From contig CAZDEP010000001.1 in assembly GCA_964504715.1 (NCBI GenBank), positions 97,842 to 161,841 on the forward strand: 64,000 bases of DNA, in the 5' to 3' direction. Source of the stretch: an uncultured Candidatus Saccharibacteria bacterium (GTDB lineage: Bacteria; Patescibacteriota; Doudnabacteria; UBA920). The position numbers and the translations under genes were made by a program. The notes beneath the pieces are model-generated. The model saw nothing but the letters and a program-made list of their open reading frames with translations. It did no database searches and was not told the origin of the DNA. Positions 54,863 to 62,350 of this stretch are shown here, piece after piece. Every line of letters begins with the position of its first letter. Within the stretch, counting starts at the first letter, position 1.

Positions 54863-56533
54863 TTGCTTTTCATGAATAAAAAACAAAAACTCTATTTTTT
54901 TGTTGTTGTCCTTCTGGCAGTATTTTTTAGGTTTTTCCAAATTACCCAAATGCCCGGCGGCTTGTTTCCCGATGAGGCCGCAAACGGATTGGATATAAAT
55001 TCAATGCAACAGGGCCAGTTGCAGCCTTTTTATGAGCGCGGCAACGGACGCGAGGCTTTGTTTTTTTATATGGAGTGGGCCAGCGTTGGAATTTTTGGCA
55101 AAGGCGCATGGCAAATGCATGCGGTTTCGGCCAGCGTTGGGCTTTTAGCGGTTATTGTATGCTTTTTGGTTACCAGGCGGCTGTTAATGGTTGGCCAAAA
55201 GTCGGATGACCCACAGGCTCTCGATCGAAGTATAAATATAGCTTTATTGGCGTCTTTTTTAATGGCAGTTTCCAGCTGGCACACCGTGCTTTCGCGCACG
55301 GCCTTTAGGGCAAACTTAATCCCCTTGTTTGCGGGCTTGAGTTTTTTATTTATACTCAAAACTTACCAGGCAACAAAAAACCGGGAAAAATATTTAAACG
55401 CTTTTGTCGCAGGCGCGGTCTTTGCACTCGGCTTTTATACCTACATTGCCTACAGGATTTTAGTCCCAATAGTGGGGTTCCTAATTATTTGGCCTTGGCT
55501 GGCGGTGGGGCTAAAAACCGGCATAAGGGAGTATTGGAAACAATTTTTACTATTTTTGATGGCCGCTGTCATATTTTTCTATCCGCTTTTCAGTTATTTT
55601 AGGAGCCATCCCGGCAGTTTTATTGGCAGAAGCGGTCAAGTGTCAGTATTTAATCCCGAGCTTAACGGTGGCGATTTAATAGGCACAATTTTGGAAGTTT
55701 CGCGTTTAAGCTTTTTGGCTTATTTTACTGAAGGAGATTTAAACTGGCGGCACAACATATCGGGACTGCCTTTCCTTTCTCCCCTGGTTTCGCCGTTCTT
55801 TGCAGCCTCACTTGCAATAGTTACTTTGTTGGCAATTGTTTATTTCTTTGCCCCCAGAAAAAGGGCGGTGTGGTGGAAATATGCTGTGCTGGCCGCTTGG
55901 TTTTGGGGCTTGCTGGTGCCTGTTATTACCACGGGCGAAGGCATCCCCCATGGTTTGAGGTCAATAGGAACGATTCCCCCTGTGTTTATAATTAGCGCAC
56001 TGGGATTGTATAAGTTCGGCGAATTTGTTTGGGGTCTCCATAAAAAATATGGAATCTCCGGCATTTTAAAAAATTGGCTGGTAAAAAGCATGTACAAGCT
56101 CGCAGTTTTTTGCTATCTTTTAGCCTTGGTTTTGCAAACATATTTTGCCTATTTTGTTTATGCCGCAAGCAGCCCGGAAAATTTTTATTCCTTCCGCAGC
56201 GATCTCGTGCCAGTTTCCAAATATTTAATTTCCCGCTGCAACAAAGAGCAAACCTATTTAGTGCTAGATAAGTTTTCCGTCCAATCCACCGATTTTTTGA
56301 CCAGTGACCCAAACGGCAATTTTACGAGTCCCTGCAGTGTCCCCTACCGGCAGGTTGATCCGGAAGATTCCTGGAAATTACCGGAATTAAAGCCGGGCGA
56401 TGAAATAGTTTTTGCGCAATCGAGCATTTTTGACATTAAAAAATTTAAACAACACCATACAAACACCCATTTACGGCTGGAGGTCAGGAATAAATTCGGC
56501 CAGACGGTAATGGCGGTGTATGGAAGTCAGTAG
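54863..56533 (+). CDS. GT39/ArnT-PMT family polyprenyl-phosphate-sugar glycosyltransferase
   Basis: N-terminal FPDEAANGL...GNGREALFFY loop typical of the ArnT/PMT superfamily. About 12 TM helices. Confidence 0.7.
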   Translation: MLFMNKKQKLYFFVVVLLAVFFRFFQITQMPGGLFPDEAANGLDINSMQQGQLQPFYERGNGREALFFYMEWASVGIFGKGAWQMHAVSASVGLLAVIVCFLVTRRLLMVGQKSDDPQALDRSINIALLASFLMAVSSWHTVLSRTAFRANLIPLFAGLSFLFILKTYQATKNREKYLNAFVAGAVFALGFYTYIAYRILVPIVGFLIIWPWLAVGLKTGIREYWKQFLLFLMAAVIFFYPLFSYFRSHPGSFIGRSGQVSVFNPELNGGDLIGTILEVSRLSFLAYFTEGDLNWRHNISGLPFLSPLVSPFFAASLAIVTLLAIVYFFAPRKRAVWWKYAVLAAWFWGLLVPVITTGEGIPHGLRSIGTIPPVFIISALGLYKFGEFVWGLHKKYGISGILKNWLVKSMYKLAVFCYLLALVLQTYFAYFVYAASSPENFYSFRSDLVPVSKYLISRCNKEQTYLVLDKFSVQSTDFLTSDPNGNFTSPCSVPYRQVDPEDSWKLPELKPGDEIVFAQSSIFDIKKFKQHHTNTHLRLEVRNKFGQTVMAVYGSQ

Positions 56534-56535
56534 CA

Positions 56536-56620
56536 ATTAGCTAGTAGCCGGTAGTCTGTAGGCGGGCAGTTTGGCTACCCCCTACTTGCTACAAGCTACT
56601 CGCTAAATTCTCAATATTAG
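56536..56620 (+). repeat. Leader element: 3 direct xGTAG units and 3 inverted CTAC units before the start of the second GT39 gene
   Basis: agctagtagccggtagtctgtaggcgg...ctacttgctacaagctactcgcta. Confidence 0.5.
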
Positions 56621-56623
56621 TTT

Positions 56624-58213
56624 ATGAAAAAATATTTTTGGCTTATTGTAATTTTATTAATCGGCGCAATACTTCGTTATTATCACAACACCGACATCTC
56701 GCTTTGGCATGACGAAGCTTTTTCAGCTCTGTTGATTAAGTACAATTGGAGCGAGATGATGTATCGCATAGGCCTCGACGTCCATCCGCCGGCGTATTAC
56801 GTGTTTTTGAGGCTCTGGCATTATATTTTTGGCGACAGTTTGCTTTCCTTGCGTTCTTTTACTGTTTTTTTCAGCCTTGCAACCGTTTGGGCGACCTGGC
56901 TATTTGTAAAAGAAGCGTTTAAGAACGAAAAGTTTGCATTGTGCGCCGCAGCTTTAGTGGCTTTGAATCCGTTTCAAATCCAGTATGCAACGGAAGCGCG
57001 AATGTATACTATGGGTGCGTTTTTTGCAATTTTGGCCGCTTACTTTTTAACCAAGGCCCTCAACCTTGGCGTTTCCATTCATAAAACCGCCCAAGCGGAG
57101 CAGGTGCCCAATTTGCCGGAAGTAATTTCAGGCAAGAAAAAAATGCTTGCCGCTTATTTCGGCTTTGTGCTATCCACCGTCATAATTATTTATACGCATT
57201 ACTATCTGCTGTTTACGGCTGCGGCAATAGGTTTCTACGGCTTGATTTACATTTTTCGCCATCATTTGGGCCACGGTTTGGGGAAATATAAATGGCTCTT
57301 AATTTCTTTTGCGTTAATCGTTCTGGCTTTTTTGCCTTGGCTAAAAGTTTTCCTTTTCCAATATAGGCAAGTGGGCGCCGGCTACTGGATACCGCCTATG
57401 GACAGGTGGAGCATACCTTCCGTGCTTTATACTTTGCTTTTTGGTTTTTCCCATGACGTCAACCAGGTAAGCGTGCAAAAGGTTTTAATATTTGTTGCAT
57501 TGGGAAGTCTGGTTGTTTTATGGCTGTTTTTAAAGAAAACTCAAAGCTTTTCCAAATGGCTGGTCTTTTTGGCAATTTTGGCGCCATTTTTGGGCAGTGT
57601 TCTCTTTTTGGTTTTGGCCAAGCTTAAAGGTAGTAACAGTTCGGTGTTTTTAGTCCGGTACTTCCTTTACAGTTCGGCATTTTTGTCAGTTATGGTTGCC
57701 GGGTGGTTGGTTAGCCTAAAACAAAAAAAAATCTCGACAGTTTTATTGAGCATATATTTAATTTTGAATTTTTGGGCATTCCTAAAATATTGGGATAACC
57801 TCCATATCCAATCCCGCCCCGGGATGAATGCCGGATCAAAGTATTTGAAGGCCAACATTCAGCCCAACGACAAGCTTTATGCGGGCAGCAGTTTTATTTT
57901 TTTCAATTTAAAATATTATGTCAGCCAGGTAAAAATCAGCCAACGCCCCTTGCTGTTTACCGGGGGAACACGGGAGGCTTCGTCTCTCCCCCATTTTGCG
58001 GGAACAGCTATTTTAACAAACGAAGATTTATTGCCCGATTTTAATTCTGCTGTAAAAACAGGCGAACAGGTTTGGCTGGTGTGGACCAGCGGCTTTGGTT
58101 CCTCAAAACCTGCAGTGCCTAAAAATTGGGCTCAATTAAGCGAAAAAGAATACCCGGAAGTTAGGCCATACTTAGGCGCAAGTACTTTTGTCACACAGTA
58201 TGTAGTGAATTAG
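56624..58213 (+). CDS. GT39/PMT_2 family glycosyltransferase (second paralog)
   Basis: LWHDEAFSA...DVHPPAYYVFLRLW loop, characteristic of the PMT_2/YkcB-like family. Multi-TM. Confidence 0.7.
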   Translation: MKKYFWLIVILLIGAILRYYHNTDISLWHDEAFSALLIKYNWSEMMYRIGLDVHPPAYYVFLRLWHYIFGDSLLSLRSFTVFFSLATVWATWLFVKEAFKNEKFALCAAALVALNPFQIQYATEARMYTMGAFFAILAAYFLTKALNLGVSIHKTAQAEQVPNLPEVISGKKKMLAAYFGFVLSTVIIIYTHYYLLFTAAAIGFYGLIYIFRHHLGHGLGKYKWLLISFALIVLAFLPWLKVFLFQYRQVGAGYWIPPMDRWSIPSVLYTLLFGFSHDVNQVSVQKVLIFVALGSLVVLWLFLKKTQSFSKWLVFLAILAPFLGSVLFLVLAKLKGSNSSVFLVRYFLYSSAFLSVMVAGWLVSLKQKKISTVLLSIYLILNFWAFLKYWDNLHIQSRPGMNAGSKYLKANIQPNDKLYAGSSFIFFNLKYYVSQVKISQRPLLFTGGTREASSLPHFAGTAILTNEDLLPDFNSAVKTGEQVWLVWTSGFGSSKPAVPKNWAQLSEKEYPEVRPYLGASTFVTQYVVN

Positions 58214-58305
58214 TTATAAAAAAAACAGGCATTATTGCTTATACAGTAATGCCTGTTTTTAATTTGCAAGGTAGATTGCCAGCGGTTTGTTCGGCATAAC
58301 ATAAA

Positions 58306-58340
58306 ATGACGGTCTTCTTGCTTTGCAAGAAGACCGTCAT
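58306..58340. repeat. Second copy of the palindromic hairpin ATGACGGTCTTCTTGC-TTT-GCAAGAAGACCGTCAT; bidirectional terminator
   Basis: Arms identical to 31169-31203. A separate hairpin plus U-run at 58233-58268 terminates the GT39 gene. Confidence 0.7.
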
Positions 58341-58345
58341 TTGGT

Positions 58346-59026
58346 TTACTCAATCACTGTACCTTCAAACTCTTTTCCCAGCAAAATTTTTTCCAGGTTC
58401 TTTAAGTTCTTGCCTGCCGCTATAATTGCACGTAGACCGGAAGCTTTGGCGGTTTTTGCTGCCGTCGGATCAAATGGCAGATTTGCTCCGGGGTTCCACT
58501 GGCTACCGGTAATTTTTAAAAGTCCTGGCCACGAAATATTTTTAATTTTTTTTGCGTCTTGGAATTTTTTCGGGTCCTTGCTGTAAAGAAAGGGAATGTT
58601 GCTTAAATTAATAATTGTCTTTCCGCCGTAGGCCAGGGCGAGCCTTACAGCGTCGTCGTCGGTACTCCTTCCCGGCATCCACCCGCCGGCCACTAGAATT
58701 TTTTCCTTAAAATTTAATTTTTTGTTGGGATCGGAAATCACGTTGGGGTTGGCCAGCTTTCCGAACATCAGCTGAATGAGTTTGGCATTCAGCCAGGTTG
58801 ACTGTATGCCCAGCCAGTCCAGAGCCGTATTGTCGGGCTTGGAGATTTGCGACAAGGCAGCCTGATATTTCCGGCAGGTTTTTCCGCCACCGGTAATTAA
58901 AATAAACCTGTTCCCCCGCTTTGCATGGCGTTCTATTAGGCTTTTAAAGCTTTTCAGGAATTTTATGTCCACTTCATCGGGAACAATTAGCGAACCGCCT
59001 AAAGAAATTACAAAAAGATTTTTCAT
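58346..59026 (-). CDS. pyrH: Uridylate kinase-like amino-acid-kinase family protein (archaeal-type PyrH-like)
   Basis: LFVISLGGSLI, ILITGGGKTCR, LVAGGWMPGRSTDDDAVRLA motifs. Long ORF begins at 59083, but the internal Met at 59026 avoids overlap with the upstream gene. Confidence 0.6.
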   Translation of the reverse strand: MKNLFVISLGGSLIVPDEVDIKFLKSFKSLIERHAKRGNRFILITGGGKTCRKYQAALSQISKPDNTALDWLGIQSTWLNAKLIQLMFGKLANPNVISDPNKKLNFKEKILVAGGWMPGRSTDDDAVRLALAYGGKTIINLSNIPFLYSKDPKKFQDAKKIKNISWPGLLKITGSQWNPGANLPFDPTAAKTAKASGLRAIIAAGKNLKNLEKILLGKEFEGTVIE

Positions 59027-59031
59027 ATGGG

Positions 59032-59979
59032 CTATTTTATGGGCGTGGTTGTCGCTTGGACAGGCTGTGGCTCCCGGGCGCACTCGGCATCAAGGTAACA
59101 CACAAAACCTTTGTCGTTAATTCTCATGTCTATATATTTTATTGAATGTATTCTAGCTTGACCAATATCTTTAAGCAAGAGGGCCGCTTGATAGACGGTT
59201 TTGTCCATGTCGGAATTTATGTCGAAATACCAAGACCACCCGTATTGGGTTTTAATTTCAACCTCCGGGCTTTCTGGGTTTTCTAACGCAATGCTTTTTG
59301 TTTCTGAGTCAAGTTGTGTGCGCAGTAAGGTCATTAGCGCATTTAAATTCTGAATATACCCATCTCCAAAGGCGTTTTGGTTTTCATAAAAAATCTCTTC
59401 TTTCTTTATAATTAGGGGTAACAGCAGGCCGGCTTCGCTGCTGCTGGCGTACATTTCAGAGCTGCTTAGTTGTCTTGTCACCAGCCCGTCATTGGAAACA
59501 ATATAAGCGCTTTGCGGCGTTTGCATTTGGAATTGGTCATAGCGGCCCTGGACGGTAATTTTGAGAGTTGCCGGGAAGTGTTTTTTAATCGATATTATTT
59601 GGCTGATCTGGCCGTTTTTTTTAAGCAGGTAATCGGAAAGCCTTTCTTTGGATAGCAAAACTAAATTTGACCGTGACCACGGAAAACGGACAGCCAGGTA
59701 ATCGCGCACAGTTTTCTCTACTGACTGGCTTTCGGTTTCGTTGATCCCGGAGATTTGCACAGTTTTTACGGAAAACAAATTCGGAATATAAAAAAAGTAT
59801 ATTGCGAAAATCATAATTAGGCCCGCGTATATTTTATAGCGCAAAGAAGACAGGCCAATTTTATTAAAAAATATCCCCCATTTGGTTTGGGGAATATTTT
59901 TGGCTACTCTTTTGTACCCCCGGGCATCTTGGAGTTTTTTTCGGAAGTTTGGGTTTTGGAATTTTATTTTATTGTTCAT
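59032..59979 (-). CDS. FtsQ/DivIB-like cell-division protein (TM anchor plus POTRA-like domain)
   Basis: Cytoplasmic basic N-terminus, TM helix LIMIFAIYFFYI, then VKTVQISGINETES... as in the POTRA domain of FtsQ. Confidence 0.45.
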   Translation of the reverse strand: MNNKIKFQNPNFRKKLQDARGYKRVAKNIPQTKWGIFFNKIGLSSLRYKIYAGLIMIFAIYFFYIPNLFSVKTVQISGINETESQSVEKTVRDYLAVRFPWSRSNLVLLSKERLSDYLLKKNGQISQIISIKKHFPATLKITVQGRYDQFQMQTPQSAYIVSNDGLVTRQLSSSEMYASSSEAGLLLPLIIKKEEIFYENQNAFGDGYIQNLNALMTLLRTQLDSETKSIALENPESPEVEIKTQYGWSWYFDINSDMDKTVYQAALLLKDIGQARIHSIKYIDMRINDKGFVCYLDAECAREPQPVQATTTPIK

Positions 59980-59984
59980 GTGAT

Positions 59985-60072
59985 ACTTATATACTAATCA
60001 TGCGAATGATACAGATGGATACGAATATATTATTAGCATTATTTATAATATTAGTACCCATTCGTATATTGG
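59985..60072 (-). repeat. Leader element with direct CGAATGATACA/GATACGAATAT units and inverted ATTCGTATAT/GGTATCATT units, upstream of the ftsQ-like start
   Basis: tatactaatcatgcgaatgatacagatggatacgaatatattattagc...attagtacccattcgtatattggtatcatt. Confidence 0.45.
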
Positions 60073-60074
60073 TA

Positions 60075-61421
60075 TCATTTTTTAATCATGTCTTTGCCCA
60101 CGTATGGTTTTAAGACCTCCGGCACGGCAATGGAGCCGTCTTTGAGCTGGTAGTTTTCAATTATGGCTATTAAGATGCGCGGACTGGCGACCACGGTGTT
60201 GTTAAGGCCGTAAACGTGTTTAACCTTCCCTTCGCTGTCTTTGTAGCGGATGTTAAGCCGTCTGGTTTGCCAATCGGTTAAGTTGGAGTCGGAATGCGTT
60301 TCTCCGAAATTTTTTCGGGAAGGCATCCATGTTTCAATGTCATACATTTTGTATTTGCCCGCGCCCATATCGCCCGTGCAAATATTCAAAACGCGGTGGG
60401 GCAGCTTTAGATCCTTAAGCATTTCCTGCGCAATTTCACGCATGGCTTCGTGCCATTTTTCGCTTTCCAAAATATCGGCTTTGCACAAAACTACCTGTTC
60501 GACTTTCATAAATTCATGTATGCGGTAAATGCCCTTGGTGTCTTTGCCGTAGCTGCCAATTTCCCCGCGGAAGCATTGCGAAATGCCGCAAACTTTTACG
60601 GGCAAATCTTTTTCTTCCAGAATTTTGTCGGAATAATACGCCAACAGCGCGGGTTCCGAAGTGCCTGAAAGGAAAAGCGGATGCTTTAAATAATCGGAGT
60701 CCCGAAGTTCGCCTTCGGTCCCTAAAACGTACTGGTCTTGCCGCCCGAACGGGAAATGGCCGCTGCCAAAAAAAGCAAATTCCCTGGCCATAACCGGTGG
60801 AATTAACAGCTGAAAGCCTTTCTCCCCCATTTTCTTTAAGGCATGCCAAATTAGGCCGTACTGCATAAGCACGGCTTCGTTTTTTAGGTAATAACCCCTA
60901 AAGCCCGCGGTTTTTACGCCCGCCTCCAAATCCAGCATATTGTGGGCTTCCATAAGCTCTACGTGGTCTTTAGGCTCAAAATCAAAGACTGTGGGGACTT
61001 GTTGAACCTTTTCCTGGTCTTTCGGGTCTATGTCGCCTATAGAAGGGCTCCAATACAGCCATGGAACGTTTTCGCTGTCGTCTTTGCCAATGGGGGTTTC
61101 GGGACTCGGGATATTGGGGACGAGCGATATAAGCCTTTCGTAGTCGCCCAAAATCCTGTCTAACTTTTTTTTCATTTCCGCTTCTTTTGCATCCACTTCC
61201 TTCATTTCGAGCAGCTTGGCTTTTTTTTCTTCCGGCGAAAGCTTGGCTATTTCTTTTGAAAACTGGTTTTTGGTCGCCTTCAGGCTTTCCAGTTCTGTTA
61301 GAAAGTCCCGCCTTTGGGCGTCCAAATCCAAAAGCGCGTCCAAACTCAGGTCAATGCGCTTGTTTTTTATGGCTTCTTTTACTTTTTCCTGATTTTCACG
61401 GATGAATTTTATATCGAGCAT
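60075..61421 (-). CDS. serS: Seryl-tRNA synthetase
   Basis: N-terminal coiled-coil arm and class II motifs 2 and 3 (FRGE...GSYG, GLNNTVVASPR). Confidence 0.95.
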   Translation of the reverse strand: MLDIKFIRENQEKVKEAIKNKRIDLSLDALLDLDAQRRDFLTELESLKATKNQFSKEIAKLSPEEKKAKLLEMKEVDAKEAEMKKKLDRILGDYERLISLVPNIPSPETPIGKDDSENVPWLYWSPSIGDIDPKDQEKVQQVPTVFDFEPKDHVELMEAHNMLDLEAGVKTAGFRGYYLKNEAVLMQYGLIWHALKKMGEKGFQLLIPPVMAREFAFFGSGHFPFGRQDQYVLGTEGELRDSDYLKHPLFLSGTSEPALLAYYSDKILEEKDLPVKVCGISQCFRGEIGSYGKDTKGIYRIHEFMKVEQVVLCKADILESEKWHEAMREIAQEMLKDLKLPHRVLNICTGDMGAGKYKMYDIETWMPSRKNFGETHSDSNLTDWQTRRLNIRYKDSEGKVKHVYGLNNTVVASPRILIAIIENYQLKDGSIAVPEVLKPYVGKDMIKK

Positions 61422-61510
61422 ATGCGTTATCCTTCTCCCCTTAAAATTGGGGAGGTTGGGGCAGTTAAATAATTAGAGCGGAATTTAAATACTATTTAAG
61501 AGGATTTTTT

Positions 61511-61909
61511 TTAATGATTCGAAAGATAATTTAAGATTTTCTTTTCTAAAAGCTTAACAACTTTTTCCACGTCATTTTTAAATTGGGGGTAAGACTCATT
61601 AAATAATCTAATTAAACTGGAGTGGTCATAGCTATGAACTCTTAACTCGGTAGAGTTTGAGCCTCCATTGTTTTTTGGCGTCCAAACCGTCCCCTCAAAA
61701 GTATAGTGAGCTTGTACTGTTTTTCTAAATCGTACGTGGGACAAGTCGCTTATGTAAATTTTTCTGTTGTCTAGGTCCACAATATAGGAAATGCCCGAAG
61801 CTTCGGGTTTTAAAACCTCATTAATTTTAGCGTTCGTCCTAAAGTCTTTTTTGAAAGAAAAAGTCTCAACGTAATATTCAGGCGTTAGCTCGTATTCTAG
61901 TTCTGGCAT
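61511..61909 (-). CDS. Hypothetical protein
   Basis: 132 aa, no recognisable motif. Confidence 0.4.
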   Translation of the reverse strand: MPELEYELTPEYYVETFSFKKDFRTNAKINEVLKPEASGISYIVDLDNRKIYISDLSHVRFRKTVQAHYTFEGTVWTPKNNGGSNSTELRVHSYDHSSLIRLFNESYPQFKNDVEKVVKLLEKKILNYLSNH

Positions 61910-61927
61910 TGTATAATTTAATCTTTA

Positions 61928-62350
61928 TTAATCCAGAAACTTAACCGTTTCATAAATGTTCCTAAAGGCGTCGAGGTTCTGGATTTCGTGTGGGGGGAAA
62001 TATTTAAGTTCCGAAATTTCCTCTTCAAGGCCCGCTTTAAGCTGGCCGCTTAAAATTTTACATTCGTATGTGCAAATAATAATTTGCCATACATCCCCGC
62101 TCGGTTGTTGTTGGGTTTCCGAAAAAATTTTAGGGATAAGTCTAACTATTTCCACATTTAACCCTATTTCTTCCCTTACCTCGCGAACCAGCGCTTCTTC
62201 GGGCGTTTCCCTGAATTCTATTCCCCCGCCCGGGAATTCCCATTTGCCGTGCGCGGATTTTAAATCCGGTTGATGCCTGCGCGCAAGCAAAATTTCCCCT
62301 TTTTCGTTGCGAATTACGCCCACGACAATTGTAATCTGCTTGGTATGCAT
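61928..62350 (-). CDS. NUDIX hydrolase (MutT-like)
   Basis: Nudix box GKWEFPGGGIEFRETPEEALVREVREEIGL. Confidence 0.85.
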   Translation of the reverse strand: MHTKQITIVVGVIRNEKGEILLARRHQPDLKSAHGKWEFPGGGIEFRETPEEALVREVREEIGLNVEIVRLIPKIFSETQQQPSGDVWQIIICTYECKILSGQLKAGLEEEISELKYFPPHEIQNLDAFRNIYETVKFLD

